From Octopus vulgaris (lineage: Eukaryota), in NCBI GenBank assembly GCA_951406725.2, contig OX597826.1, positions 44,826,001 to 44,890,000 of the forward strand: a DNA stretch of 64,000 nucleotides. Reading direction: 5' to 3'. Of the stretch, positions 39,617 through 54,752 are shown in pieces. Position 1 is the stretch's first letter. Each line of letters begins with the position of its first letter. The notes below the pieces were generated by a model. That model worked only from the letters and a program-made list of their open reading frames with translations. It was not told the origin of the DNA and did no database searches. Made by a program: the position numbers and the translations under genes.

Positions 39617-40628
39617 TAGATATAGATAGATATATTGTGTATATATATATATGCACAATATATGTTTATATAGTAGGTGTATATTTTCCATCAATGCATC
39701 TTTATGGGTTTGAGAGATGCAATTCAACAGTAAGTTTAAATTTTGCCCCTTTTACTGTTAAGAAGCGAACTCTCTTGATATAGGGTGACTAAAATTATCA
39801 AAATATTTGAACGTGCTGGCTATCGGAGCAAGGAACAATTTGATTTATCGAATGATCGAAAATAAAAGGCATGTGATTTCTCTTACAGTTATTGGAAGAC
39901 GAAAAACTTTGATCTATCGAAATATTTGAAGAACATGGATTACAAGAGAAGGAAAACCTTCGATTTATCGAATAATGAGGCATAAGAGATTTTTCTTCTA
40001 AGGTTGTTTAAAAGCCTTGTGGAGTTTGGAAAGAAAGAAAGAAAGAAAGAAAGAAATTGGAGTGAAGAGTAAAGACAAATTATAAGACTCTAGTGGAGGG
40101 TGAAAAGTTTTCTTTGAATTTTAGCTGGTTGGGCATATTCACTCAGTCAAATTTGTGTTAACTTCTGCCAAACAAGAAATCCGTTTACGTTTTTGCTGTG
40201 GAGTTTTTAAATGCATGTTTGTTGAAATATTTATAAAACAGGCACTGTTATATGGTTTAGAGATGTGGTAAGCAACCTTCCATTTCTAGTATCTTCTTCC
40301 ATTGACCTCGAGTTTGCCAATAATCAATTTAGCGGGTGGTAATTGGATAGAACTATATATTGTTTTTCAACTTCATAGAAATTTACTTCTAGTTTGCTAA
40401 GACTTGTGTGTGGGCGTATGTGTGTGTGTGAGTGTGTGTGTGCGCGCGCGTGTATCTGCGTGTGTGTACCACCGTTCGAAGGTCTCGAGCCTTGAGTTAC
40501 TCCTGAGAAATATTTTAAAAAATATACCTATACTCATATTTTGTGCATCATCTTCAACATCATCTCTCTATCTCTCTTTCTCTTTCTATATATATTTATA
40601 TATATACACGTACGCACGTACGCACACG

Positions 40629-40699
<71 letters not shown>

Positions 40700-41030
40700 A
40701 TTCTTTTCCGTGTTTCAGTCATTAGACACCGGCTAAGCTGGAAAACCGCCTTCAAGAATTTTAGTCAAATCACTCGACCCTTGTACATATTTGCATTATA
40801 TAAGCTCGTGAGATAAACACAGATACAAATACAAGTACACACACGCACGCACACACACACACATATGCACGACAATCCTCTTCCAGTTTTCGTCTAGCAA
40901 ATCCACTCAGAAGCCGTTGGTCAGCTTGGGGTTTTAGATGAAACTTGGCTAATGTGTTACGCTGTGGGAATAAACCCAGAACCATGTGGTTTGGAGACAC
41001 ACTACTTACCACTCGGTCACACCTGCACCT
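40700..41030 (-). mobile_element. SINE family B, diverged
   Basis: GTTTCAGTCATT...AAATCCACTC...ACCATGTGGTT...TACTTACCAC. Confidence 0.65.
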
Positions 41031-41364
41031 ATGTATATATGTATGATATTTTGAGGTTTAAATATTCTTCATTGATGTCTGTGTAAGGGACCGAGAGATA
41101 ATTTTCAAAATTAAATTTAAATTGTTTAGGAAACTTTTCCCATTTTACTATTCAGAACGAAAGAATATGTTATAAGGTGAATAATGATATACAGAGCAGT
41201 AGATTGGTGGAACTGTGACAGGATTAGCATAGCTGTTATGCAGTACCAGTTCCAGCTCATCAGATTTTGGCCAGCATCGGTGCAACATGACAGGTGCGAA
41301 ACCGAACCTGCTCATCTGTTATATTTTTGTTGCATAAACATCGGTAGCGTGACGAAAAGAGACT

Positions 41365-41714
41365 TCAATGCGTGATAATGCACCAATTCACACAGCTACA
41401 GTTGTTACTGAATGGCACGAGGAACTTTCTCGTGAAGTTAAACATCTTATCTGGCCACCTTAGTCCCAAAATGTGAATATTATTGAACATTTATGGTGCA
41501 TTTTAGAAAAACAAGTAAGGAGTCGATATACTCCACCATCATCACTAAAAAGAACTGAAGACTTTTTAGCTGAAGAACGAACAAAAATTCCTTTCGAAAC
41601 AATCCATACCTCGTAGAATTCAAGCTGTAATTACCGCCAATGGCGGTCCTATCGCATATTAAAAAAAATTTGTTTGAAACTTTAAGGTGTTTCCATTATT
41701 TTGTCCAACTCCTG
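41365..41714 (+). mobile_element. Tc1-like transposon 3' fragment with TIR
   Basis: DNAPIHTATVVTEW...LIWPP*SQNVNIIEHLWCILE; ends GGTGTTTCCATTATTTTGTCCAACTCCTG-TA. Confidence 0.8.
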
Positions 41715-41827
41715 TATGTGTGTGTGTTTGTGTAGGCGCACACAATATATATATATATTTATATATATACACATATATGTAAATAGAGAGAGAGACAGAC
41801 AGACAAACAGATAAATATATATGTATA

Positions 41828-41892
<65 letters not shown>

Positions 41893-41893
41893 G

Positions 41894-41975
<82 letters not shown>

Positions 41976-42483
41976 ATGTGCGTGCATTTGCTTCGATGAA
42001 TAATACTCTGATCAAGAAATATAGTTAGCAGTCTTCCAAATTTTAATGATGCTGCATAAAGCTTTATATATATTTTTTTCACACAGGAACTATAAAATAT
42101 GGATCCTCTAAAATACCGTTGAAGTATTTTAAAACATTTCATGCAATTTCTATGGGCGTGTTTGAATATTTTCTTTTTAATATTCAGCATCGTGTTTTTG
42201 ACGTGTATGATATATTGCAATACATACTTCGTCATATATTCCGGAAAATGTAAAAGGAAACTAAAAGCAATAGGTTTTTAATCTTTATTATCACAGCAAC
42301 CACCAGACTTCTACAGTTCTATAACTCCAGCTCCCTTACGTATGTGATAAATCAACAAAACATTGTTGTTGTTTTTTTGTTTTTTTTTAACTTCTTCCAC
42401 ACTAACAATAATATAACGTTAAAAATTTACAAAATAATGTGAGATTTATGATACAAGAAATATCAGAAATTTATTGATGCAGG

Positions 42484-42550
<67 letters not shown>

Positions 42551-42563
42551 TATATTATATTAT

Positions 42564-42602
<39 letters not shown>

Positions 42603-43620
42603 TGTATATATATATAAATATATATACATATATCAATATATATATATTATATAACTATGTATATATATACATATATATTATGTAAGTATTTATTTATATA
42701 TATGTATTTATATGTGCGTGTATGTGTGTCGTAATACGTATGTACGTAAGCAAGTGTGTTTTTGTGTGTCACTCCAGACGACTTGCGGCATGCGTTTTGG
42801 ATCTTTGCTTTCTAGGTTCAAATCTTCTCATCGATATTTTTCTCTTCCAAAATTTTTTTTTTTAACCCAATATTTTACATGCCGTTATTTGTAGATAAAT
42901 GTGTACTCCGAGATGCACCCTTCTAAAACAGAATTATTTCACGTTCACTCAAAATTTATATGGCGTCAGCAATAATTGTATATGTATGTGTGCGTGTGTA
43001 TACTTGTGATTGTATGTTGGTGGGGGGTGCAACTCTGTGTGTGTGTGTGTGTGTGTAAGATTATATGTTTGTAAGAATGAAGCATGGTCACATGCATTAG
43101 ATATCCGCTTTGCAATCAAGAAGCCCTATTATTTGATTTTGCAGCAGGGCATTACGGAAGAGTGTCTTTTTTTCCATAGCCTCGCTTCGAAACGTGACTT
43201 GTTAGTGAAATTCGGTCGAGGATAACAGAGTGGAAGCACATCATATTTAGATCTTCTCTTACACACTGTGACAAGTACATTTTTAGCTAAGCTTTATGTT
43301 ACGGCAACACAACCTCACTTCTATATCAAATCACTTTCACGCTAGTTGGTTGAACAACTAAATCCTCGTCGCTGAAACCCACGGAGATCCATATCTATAG
43401 GTGTCCACACGCACACACGCACGCACACACACACACACACACACAAACACACACATCTTTTACCGCTTTACTTGTTTCAGTTGCTTGGCTGTAACAAAGT
43501 TAGGACACCGCTCTGAAGGGTTATTACACAAGTTACCATATTTATTACAGGTTTTGGAAGAGGACCTATGTATATGTATGTGTGTGTGTGAGAGAGAGAG
43601 AGAGAAAGAGGGGGGAGTGT

Positions 43621-43962
43621 GTGTGTACGTGTTCAGTGGTCAGAGCTTTGTGTTCACAATCATCTGGTAGTGAGTTCGAATCTCGGACCGGTGTGTGTGT
43701 GTTGTGTTCTTGAGGGAGACACTTTATCTCACGTTGCTCCAGTTCACTCACCTGTAGAAATGAGTTGCGACGTCCCAGGTACCAAACAGTATCGACTTTT
43801 TCCTTGGATAACATCGGTGCCATGGATATTATTGTGGATGTGGCTGGAATGCATGGGTGTCTGCTGGTCTTCCATAAAGAACCTTACCCGGGATTGTGCC
43901 TCGGATGAGGAGCTTTCTAGGTGCAATCCCATAGTCTTTCATGACCAAAGGGGATCTTTATC
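43621..43962 (+). mobile_element. tRNA-derived SINE family D (CORE-like head)
   Basis: CAGTGGTCAGAGC...GAGTTCGAATC...GTGTTCTTGAGGGAGACACTTTATCTCACGTTGCTCCAGT; head shared with 47811. Confidence 0.7.
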
Positions 43963-44402
43963 CTTATGCATCAAACCGGATGCCTTGCATATGGCGAGGA
44001 ACTGCTGTGCTTGTGTAAGACGCAACTCGGTTCAACACCTGGACCTGGCATCGTGAGCATCCATAACAGACTCTGTTCTAAGCAGAATGGAGGATCCTTT
44101 AACTCAGTCTCCCATTCCAATAACCACTCGTTGCTCTCTCTCTCTCTCTCTCTTCGGAAGACTAGTAGAGAGTCATAAATACAGCTTTCATAATCACTAA
44201 AGGTTGAACACTTACACACGCATGCGCACGCTATATCACCCACACACGCGTGTATGAGTGTGCGTGTGTATGTGTGTGTGTGTGTTTGTGACGAAACAGG
44301 ATGGAAAATGTTTTGTTAATATTTATTCACCATTATACGTTTCATTTGCAGATGTGATTCAAGAGGACATGGCTTGGATTTTACCATAGTTACATAAAAA
44401 CG

Positions 44403-44492
<90 letters not shown>

Positions 44493-44514
44493 GTATATAC
44501 ATATAAATATACAT

Positions 44515-44564
<50 letters not shown>

Positions 44565-44669
44565 TACACATATATAGATGTATTTATGCAGATGTATGCT
44601 TGTGTATATAATTACGCTGTATGTCTGATTAAAACTAATATAACCATATGGATGTAAATCTATAATTGG

Positions 44670-44718
<49 letters not shown>

Positions 44719-44800
44719 ATGTATATTTATATATATATATATGCACATATATATATATATATATATATATATTATGTATATTTATATATATATATATATG

Positions 44801-44831
<31 letters not shown>

Positions 44832-44862
44832 ACATACATAAATCTCTCTCTCCCCCCTCTCC

Positions 44863-44925
<63 letters not shown>

Positions 44926-44945
44926 GTATGTAATTGACGGTAAGC

Positions 44946-45033
44946 TCAAAATTTCTGCGTGTCTGCGGTTTATTCAAACTGGTTAATTCAACACTTTTGA
45001 ATAAACCGCAGGCCGACGCGATAGAACTTTTGA
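44946..45033. repeat. Hairpin with 16-bp perfect core
   Basis: CTGCGGTTTATTCAAA (44963-44978) / TTTGAATAAACCGCAG (44996-45011). Confidence 0.85.
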
Positions 45034-45559
45034 AGTAACTGTCAATTATTGTTATAATAAATATTAAACTCGACAAATGTTTGGAGTCCTTTATTCACTC
45101 AATTTTCTCTGCTTTTTTCTCATATAAAATCACTTTTATATGCACACACACTCACACATATTCACACACAGAAACACACATACACGTACGCAAATGCATA
45201 CTCACACACACATACTTCCACGCATATGTATGTGTTTACAATCACATATACGTACATACATAGATAATATATACATATGTGATATGTGTCTGCTTGTATG
45301 TTGAAAAATAAATGTTTGTATAAGCGTAAAAGCAACGTACCTATATATGGTCCCGTTCTATAGTACACATGCACAAATTCCTATGTAAACATATATATTC
45401 ATATCAGGATGCATGTAAGAATAACTAAACAAAATACATAATGTCAGATATTACTCCGCTTGTTAGAATTCAAAAGCTTATTGAATATAGCAGGCCTGAA
45501 TATTCATACATTTGTGCAAATATAATCACGTATATATTTATGGACAGACTGACAGACTA

Positions 45560-45590
<31 letters not shown>

Positions 45591-45982
45591 GCCAGACAGA
45601 CAGAAAGACCGACAGATAAACATTCTCGCTCACAGACGCTGATGAACTCGTATAAACACACACACATGTGTCTTTATTCACGCAATTAGACAAATTCGCA
45701 CATTTGCAGATTCGCAACAATATCGCCAATATATATATATATATGTAGATATAAATATATATATATATATATGTAGATATATTTAGATATATATACATAT
45801 ATATATATATACATTACATACACTCAGCATATGTTTGTCCGTCTGTCTATTTATACATATGAGTGTGTATGCGTGTGTGTATGCATTATGCACTTAAATG
45901 TATGTACATATAAACATAAATGTATATAAATATGCATATATTCATACATACATTATTACACACACACGCGCGCACGTGTGTG

Positions 45983-46023
<41 letters not shown>

Positions 46024-46132
46024 GTATACACATATATGCATGAATATATATGTTTATATATACGTATGTATATATGCATATATGTATATATATGTATACG
46101 CACACACATGCACACGTGTGTATATATACTTA

Positions 46133-46194
<62 letters not shown>

Positions 46195-46232
46195 CATACA
46201 TACATACATACATACATACATACATACATACA

Positions 46233-46268
<36 letters not shown>

Positions 46269-47810
46269 CACACATGTAGTATATGAATTCATTTTCATTT
46301 CTGTATGACGTTTATGTGTGCACAGTTCATGCAATTATATAAGTTGTCATTTTCTTTTTTATGTATGTGTGAGAGCGAGTATGCAATGAGAAGTATCATT
46401 TTATCATTGGACGTTACATATTCTGTGGCATTTGCGAAACAATTTCAGCTAAAACCTACACAAAAGCCGAGGTATTCATTAAAAATGTAATGGAAATATT
46501 TCGAATGTCAGTTTAAATTAGCCGTTCTGATGCTACAAAGAATGTCATTGTTAGACAAAGCTAAAGTCAGTAATAGCGAATGAATAGTCATTAAAACTTA
46601 ATGCAATGAAAGCTGTACACTTTTACAGCATGTCGTAATTCAAAGTGACAATTCCCCTTACGATTTGTCTCGCAAATAGGCCCAGTAAAATATCCATAGG
46701 CTCGATATTTCCCCATGAGATATCTGAATATATAATATTATCAAGGTGCAGTACTAATATGAATGACTGTTATAATAAATATTACCATGTATATTATTGT
46801 TGAAATATCATAAGTGAAATATGTGCAGGATTTTCGACATATAAGTCAACATAGCATATAGAGTAAATATCATTACTGTCTTTTCAAATTCTACTGCATT
46901 TCACATTACGCTACTGTTGATCTCGTCAGTATTACTGTTATTTTATTTTTCACTTATTTAAATTCAGTTTCTTTCCATTTAGTTTAGGTATTGGTATGAG
47001 AGGGTATGAGGTATTTCTGATACTCCAAAGTCTTCATGGTGTATAAGTCGACCTATATTCTTCCCCGTAAGTGATCTAAAATTGGGAAATGTATGCCTGA
47101 AGATACGTTATTGGCTGGTTTCTTCCTTTCCGTTTTCACACCTACACTTTCTGTTATAAAGCTTAAAGTAGTGACCAAAACAGTAGTGTAGTGACCGAAA
47201 TGTGATCATTCTATAGAGCTGATCCAGCTTTGCTGTAAAATAGTTCTGTCTTGCTTTTTTTTTTCAGATGTATTTCTAGAAATTTGTCATCAAATGCACC
47301 TGTAAATTTTCATGTGTGGTTTGCTATTTCTTGCAGACAAGACGAACATCGTACTGTCTACCAGAAGTTGCGGATAAATTTCACCTTAGTCAGCTGGTCT
47401 GGGAATAGCAATCAAAAACGGAGCTAAAATAAGTAGCTCCAAAAGCCTCCTTTGCTGGCATGTCATGACACTGATTCATTATGTATATCGAGCCAAGCTG
47501 ACCTAGGATTTTATGTATGGGTCTTGTTTTCCTCGATAGGATACGTAACTCGGAGATCAATGAGTTGCTTCAAGATGAGTCATTACTTCTCCGCATTGAG
47601 CAGTCATAGCTCCGGTCCGAAATTGCGGACATGTAACCAATATGCCTCTGGATAGAGATTACAGGCAAGGCCAAAAAAATGGTGACCTAGGAGAAGACTA
47701 CAAGGGAGATGGTTGGATAATATCCTTAACCTCTGTTGGTATTGTTTGTGGGTCCAGGTAGAGCATTTGCTGATGATTGCGTTTGACAAGAGTAAATATA
47801 GAGCGGCTGT

Positions 47811-48110
47811 GAAGGGCATTCGGCTCACGATTGTAAGGTCATGAGTTCGATTCCCGGCGACGCGTTGTGTCCTTGAGCAAGACACTTTATTTCACGTTGC
47901 TCCAGTCCTCTCAGCTGGCAAAAATGAGTTGTACCTATATTTCAAAGGGCCGGCTTTGTCACACTTTGTGTCACGCTGAATCTCCCTGAGAACTACGTTA
48001 GAGGTATGTGTATCCGTGGATTGCTCAGTACTTGCACGTTAATTTTATGAGCAGGCTGTTCCGTTGATCGTATCAGCTGGGACCCTCGTCGTAACCGACA
48101 GAGTGCTCCA
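47811..48110 (+). mobile_element. SINE (family D head, tail type 3) with 13-bp TSD
   Basis: TSD ATAGAGCGGCTGT at 47798-47810 and 48111-48123; host sequence weakly resembles an RTE LINE C-terminus (PRRRLQGRWLDNI). Confidence 0.85.
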
Positions 48111-48917
48111 ATAGAGCGGCTGTCCAAGTATTCTTCTCTCAGAACTCCCACATGAATAAGTGGGTGATGAATATATATAGATGCATGAATGATTTCAAAA
48201 TAAATAATAGAATAATCAATAGAAACCTGTCAGCTTTAAATGACGTTTTATAGATTAATTTCTTATGTGTTTATTTAAATGACTGACTAAATATAAATTG
48301 ATTAATATATTATAAATATAAACGTATATATGATTATACTATTTGCATTTGGTGTTGAAGATTATCATACAAGTTTATTCTTGTTTTGTGATTTTTGTGT
48401 ATGAAAGGAATATTTTCAATTTTTAGTGGTAAGTTTTAAATTATCAAAAATTAAAATATTTTTTGAAATAGTAGATCTCGAAGCACATATAGCTATAAAT
48501 AATAAAAAGGTTAAGAAAAATCCTTTGCATAGAAAAAACAAATTCGAAGACTGATGTGCATATCATAATTTAATCTTTCTAATATAAGTATGGTTGTTTT
48601 CCAAATAAATATTTAAATGGAGCTAAATCAAATGAATCGTGTAAAGTAGGATTAAATCTGAAATTTCCTCGTATTTGCATTTATTCCCTTTTTTAAAAAA
48701 ATTAACGTGCTTGTGATGGAATAGGAAAGATATTCTTAATATTCAAGGGTTATTATTATTTATCATCAATTTACCACTGATCGATTTTCTAAGAACAATT
48801 CTTGTTAAAGTGATAGAATTTATTCCAACTAGCAAGAAAGAGAGAAGGCTAACATTTCGGACAAATTTCTTTTAAGACTAGAAAGACCACGATATTTGTG
48901 TTTCTACTTGATAAAAT

Positions 48918-49236
48918 GTGGAGGCGCAATGGCCCAGTGATTAGGGCAGCAGACTCGCGGTCGGAGGATCGTGGTTTCGATTCCCAGACCGGGGGTTGTG
49001 TGTGTTTATTGAGCGGAAACACCTAAAGCTCCATGAGGCTCCAGCAAGGGATGGTGGCAACCCCAGTTGTACTCTTTCGTCCCAACTTTCTCTCACTCTT
49101 TCTTACTGTTTCTTGAGTAACGCTGCGATGGACTGGCGATCCGTCCTGCTGGGGGGGGGGGGGACATACGCCACAGAAACCGGGAAACCGGGCCCATGAG
49201 CCTGGCTAAGCTTGAAAAGGGTGCAAAAGAAAAAAG
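48918..49236 (+). mobile_element. SINE family A (tail type 2) with 12-bp TSD
   Basis: TSD ACTTGATAAAAT at 48906-48917 and 49237-49248; tail CTGCGATGGACTGGC...CAGAAACCGGG. Confidence 0.9.
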
Positions 49237-49526
49237 ACTTGATAAAATATGATCAGATAGAAAAAAATTTTAGATGTTATCAGATTAGCATTTCAAGAAG
49301 ATAATCTTCTCGAGAATTTTCCGTCGGTGGAATATCCTGAACCAAATTATACAACTTTGGTAAATTTGAGAAATTCAAACACTTCATGATAACGTTTACA
49401 GTGAAACAACCTGTCTTTATGCTAAATATCCTGCTTAACCGAGATTCATTTGACTAATAACAAACAACCTTACTAACAAACACTTAAGAACGGTTTTAAC
49501 TCTGACATCCGGTTACATCTCCATTT

Positions 49527-49913
49527 GTGGAGGCGCAATGGCCCAGTGGTTAGGGCAGCGGACTCGCGGTCATAGGATCGCGGTTTCGATTCCCAGACCG
49601 GGCGTTGTGAGTGTTTATTGAGCGAAAACACCGAAAAGTTCCACGAGGCTCCGGCAGGGGATGGTGGTGATCCCTGCTGTACTCTTTCACCACAACTTTC
49701 TCTCACTCTTACTTCCTGTTTCTGTTGTACCTGTATTTCAAAGGGCCGGCCTTGTCACTCTCTGTGTCACGCTGAATATCCCCGAGAACTACGTTAAGGG
49801 TACACGTGTCTGTGGAGTGCTCAGCCACTTACACGTTAATTTCACGAGCAGGCTGTTCCGTTGATTCGGATCAACCGGAACCCTCGTCGTCGTAACCGAC
49901 GGAGTGCTTCCAC
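49527..49913 (+). mobile_element. SINE family A (tail type 3) with 12-bp TSD
   Basis: TSD ACATCTCCATTT at 49515-49526 and 49914-49925. Confidence 0.9.
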
Positions 49914-49976
49914 ACATCTCCATTTATGGAAGACATAAAAAAAAATAAGGGTGTTTACTCGCATGAAACTTTAAAG

Positions 49977-50247
49977 CAGTGGTTCCTACACCTTTTCGGA
50001 CTGCCGCTCCTTTGGCACCCAGGCCACTTTCCTAGCGCCCCCCACCCCCACTAACTTTCCACCACAAACATAGACCTGTTTCTGAAACAAATTCAAAATC
50101 ACTGCATTTCACAAATAAAACCTAACATAATTAACTTATTATTTTGTTGTTTTTATATTAATTGCCCCCTTTTGGCTATCTCATTATCACCCCACTTTTC
50201 TTCAACCGCCTCCAGTGGGGAGGTACCACCCACTTTGGGAACCACTA
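49977..50247. mobile_element. hAT (Charlie-type) MITE
   Basis: TIRs CAGTGGTTCCTA / TTGGGAACCACTA; degenerate 8-bp flanks CTTTAAAG / CATCGAAG. Confidence 0.65.
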
Positions 50248-50696
50248 CATCGAAGTATTTGTGGAACATTAAATCTCTATCAAAAATGGTGAAATATGTA
50301 CCCTATACAGTATAAGTATTCTTTTATTTCGACTGTACGCATAAACACGTTTCTATATGTATGTGCATCTCTTTTACATTTTTACTTCTTTCAGTTATTT
50401 GACTGCGGCTATCCTGGAGCACAGCTTTAAAGGGCCCATTCTTTGTAAGCCTCGAATGCACTCTATCGGTCGCTTTTTGCCGAACTGCTAGAATACGGAG
50501 ACCAGCATCGATTGTCAGGAAAGAGAGAGGGGGGGGGAGTGAAACAGATAAATATATATATGTGTATATATATATATTTCTACATATATATGCATATATA
50601 CACACACGCATACACATACATATGCATACACATGCGCACACACACGCGTGCGCGTATATTGTAATAACGTAATATATTTTATGTTCATTATTTACA

Positions 50697-50783
50697 TTAT
50701 TTACACTTGACGGATATTTGTCCTCAGCTTGTTTGTTGTTCACACAAACAAGATGAGGACAAATATCCGTCAAATGTAAATAA
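50697..50783. repeat. ~40-bp-arm fold-back
   Basis: TTATTTACACTTGACGGATATTTGTCCTCAGCTTGTTTGT / ACAAACAAGATGAGGACAAATATCCGTCAAATGTAAATAA. Confidence 0.9.
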
Positions 50784-50893
50784 AGTACGTAATTCTTCAT
50801 CTCTTAAATATAGAACGATATTTTATGTTCTTCAAATATTATGTGATGTAAAACTAATATAAAAGTGAAGTTTATTGAGAAAGGGTGTGTATA

Positions 50894-51406
50894 TCTATAT
50901 ATATAAAACTGTAGTTGTGTGAGTGTCTGTCCCCTTCGATTTAGATTCCTAACTACTGCCACATTTTGCGGTGCAATTTAACCAAATTCGGGTATCTTAT
51001 AGTCGTGATTCATATCGAGGCCGTCTGAGTATTAGCGCGCGTTTACGATGAGTCTACGATTTTAAAAATAATTTAACATCATTTTTTAGTCCATTTTAAT
51101 GCATGATTTTTCGTGTGTCGATGGCGGCGGAGTTGGCGTCCATGGTCACACCTGCACCTGTTTGCTTCTCCCCCTTCTTCCCTCCCACGTGAAGTTGTGG
51201 GGAAGGGAGTGTAAGGAAATCAACGTCGTAAAGCATTGTGAAGGAGACCAGCGTTCTTTTAGAACAACGACTTCATGGCTTGAAGACACCAAAACAGAAA
51301 TGGCTAAGAAAGCCCGAATTGGCATCTATAAAGGAAGTAACTCTCTAAAAATGCTTATATAGTTATTTCCCTTACAAACCCGAGCAACGCCGGGCGATAC
51401 TGCTAG
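50894..51406 (+). mobile_element. Non-autonomous Helitron
   Basis: 5' TCTATATATATAAAA, subterminal hairpin CCCGAGC-AAC-GCCGGG, 3' CTAG, inserted between A and T with no TSD. Confidence 0.85.
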
Positions 51407-51560
51407 TATTATATATTCCTTTCTACGATAGACACAAAGGCCTGAAAATTCGATTACATGGACCTCAGCGCTCAACTGATACTTATTTTATTTGAACTCA
51501 GAACATAAAGATACACGAAATAAATGTCGTAAAGCATTCCGCTCAGGGTGCTGATAATTC

Positions 51561-51795
51561 TTATTTCTTTATTACCCACAAGGGGCTAAACACAGAGGGG
51601 ACAAACAAGGAGAGACAAACGGATTAAGTCAATTACATCGACCCCCAGTGCGTAACTGGTACTTAATTTATCGACCCCGAAAGGATGAAAGGCAAAGTTG
51701 ACCTCGGCGGAATTTGAACTCACAACGTAACGGCAGACGAAATACCGCTAAGCATTTCGCCCGGCGTGCTAACGTTTCTGCCAGCTCGCCGCCTT
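51561..51795 (-). mobile_element. Full-length SINE family C
   Basis: Minus: GGCGGCGAGCTGGCAGAAACGTTAGCACGCCGGGCG...GAGTTCAAATTCCGCC...GGGTAATAAAGAAATA. Confidence 0.88.
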
Positions 51796-52999
51796 AGAGC
51801 GTGTATATTTTGTTGTACATTTTTGAGCAGTATATAAAAGCAATGCACAGTGTTCTCTGGTTGTTATGTTCTCGACTCGTTCTCAGCATTAGCAGCTTGC
51901 ATGAGTATGTCAATCTCTATTTCTCTTAGAGAAGCACACCTATTTATCAAGCTGTGTACAGAGGAAATGCGTGCTCTGCAGTGAAAACTATTGTATATTT
52001 TAAATAATTATGGATCGTTCTTGCCACGTTCGGGAAGAGAGCTAAAGAATCATAAATTGACCAATCAGAAAACAGCATTTTCTGGCAGTCAGGATCTATG
52101 AAACCTACAATGCCTTATTGTCAGCTAATTGTTTGGCATTGTTCTCTTTTCAGCTAGGCGATTCTCTATAGTGCTTGCACGCTCCTTGACACCGACTAAC
52201 ATATAAAATAACTATAGGCGTTTTAACGTTAAACAAGTGTTCTTGAATACCTCTGCTCTCTATAGATGTCATATCTGAATAAAACTTATGCAAAAGATTG
52301 GCGATTTAAAGAATTGCATTTATAACAACGAGTGGATACATAGAAGAACTTAGAGAAGGTGGAAGGTGGGTGACCTCCTAAAGATCAGAATCTAAGAACG
52401 TCAGAAGACTTTGATATGAGGTCAACAACACAAGCAACAGCAGAATATATCTGCTAGGGAGACGGAAATTACATGCAACTATAGAAATATTTTTCCCATT
52501 ATAATCGAAGAACTATATTGTAGACAATGAATGACACTAGAAAAAGTAAATCAATGAGATAAAAGATAGAGTGTTGATAACTTAATTAGAAAATGCAGTA
52601 GGAGCCTACATATCGCAGTTTTCATTATTGAATTAAGCTTAAATTTCATCATAATTGACATTTAATTATTTCGATTGCGTCGTATGAGGAAAAACGAGCC
52701 TTGAACAGCTAGATCAGAAATAGAATACTTTGGAACAATCCCAAGGATATGTAAGATAATTGTTTCCAAAGATGTGCAAAGAATCGACTGAAGAAATAAA
52801 CTGGGACAGAGATATAGAAATAACAATCAACGAAAACTACATTAGTTTATAAATCATCATAAAACAAATGCACATGTAATTGGATGGCTGTATTTTACAA
52901 GATTTTGTAAACAGATTTTTATTAGTTTAAATATATATTGTGTTTCCAGCACGTATGTGTACATGTGTTAATGCATGTAAATATGCTTGTGTGCCTGCG

Positions 53000-53092
<93 letters not shown>

Positions 53093-53101
53093 CTCTATAT
53101 A

Positions 53102-53133
<32 letters not shown>

Positions 53134-53191
53134 ACCCTCGTTATATATATATATGTGTATGTATGTATATATATATGTGTGTGTGTATATA

Positions 53192-53229
<38 letters not shown>

Positions 53230-53689
53230 CCTATATACATATATACATACATAGATACTTATATGAATAGTTATATATATATGTATATATATACTTATAC
53301 TCATATATATAGTTACTTGTACATATGTGTATATATGTGAGTGTGTGTGTGTGCGTGTGTGTGTGTGTACGTGTGTTTGTGTTTCTGTGTGTGTAAACAT
53401 CATGTAGAGTGGAGAAGAAAATATTGTTTCTATGAATACTACTGCACATTTACTAAATTAAGAAAACAAGTCTTTATTTTTTTTACTTTTAAGTTTTACG
53501 TTCTTTCCTATTTCCCCAAACCTATCTGTTACTCTTCCTTTTCTTTTTCTTTTTACCTAAATCACTCCTTTTCGTCCTATTATTTCCTATACTTCCCTAA
53601 ACCCCTACCATTATAAACTAGTTCACTTCTTTCTATTTTCTTTTTTTTTTTTCTTTTTTTTTATCTCTCTGTTTTTACCTCCTTTATTT

Positions 53690-53905
53690 TTTCCATATTA
53701 CCGATCGAGAGAATTGTTTGAAATGCAAACATTTTGCAGCTTGCCAATCTTTCAAAGTAGATGAAGAAACCTGATTGTCCGGAATAGAACAGGGCGTTCT
53801 TTGTTTGAGTGAATTAATCAATAACACGGTGAATATTTTTTTTTTAATGTCTTTGAGCGAAAATGTTACATTTTGGAATGAATCCATAGTGTTATCTTTT
53901 ATCAT
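53690..53905 (-). mobile_element. Highly decayed LINE ORF2-like fragment
   Basis: VTFSLKDIKKKI...IPD...LK resembles the pre-RT region of CR1-type elements; weak. Confidence 0.3.
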
Positions 53906-54355
53906 CAGTAATCTGGCAACTTTATCATATTATTCTAAACGAAGACCTATTCAGTGAATAGTCTGATCAGCTTAATTTAAGCATGTCACTAACATAATAA
54001 TATATTTTGGTATCTTTGTTCTAATAATTTGATATCCTCAAAAACAAGTCTGTAATAAGATTGTGTTTGTTTATTTTCTTTCCTTCATAGTTCCGGGAGA
54101 TATTGATGTTAGACTTACATAATAAGTATTGCAGAGAATCATGTCTTGTACATCTCTCTAGTTGTCATATTAATCTTCAGAGTCTACCACCATTCTTATG
54201 CTGATTACCAATGTTTTCTGTAATCGTAAACATCAATGCTGAACTCAGAAGCCTTTACAGCGAGATTATTGTTTGTATTAAACACTTCTGTGATGAAATT
54301 ACCATTGTAGCAATTTTAGGGAAAATGAACATGCATCGATATCCTTCACAAATAC

Positions 54356-54565
54356 CTTTATTTATTCTTTTACTTGTTTCAGTCATTTGACTGCGGCCAT
54401 GCTGGAGCACCGCCTTTATTCGAGCAAATCGACCCCAGGACTTATTCTTTGTAATCCTAGTACTTATTCTATCGGTCTCTATTGCGGAACCGCCAAGTTA
54501 CGAGGATGTAAATACACCAGCATCGATTGTCAAGCGATGTTGGGGGGACAAACACAGACACACAA

Positions 54566-54602
<37 letters not shown>

Positions 54603-54752
54603 CATATGCATGTATACGACGGGCTTCTTTCAGTTTCTGTCTACTAAATCCACCCACAAGGCTTTGATCAGCCCGAGGCTATAATAGAAAACACTTGCCC
54701 AAGGTGCCACGCAGTGGGACTGAACCCGGAACCATGTGGTTGATAAGCAAGC
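54356..54752 (-). mobile_element. SINE family B
   Basis: Close reverse complement of 38805-39190. Confidence 0.88.
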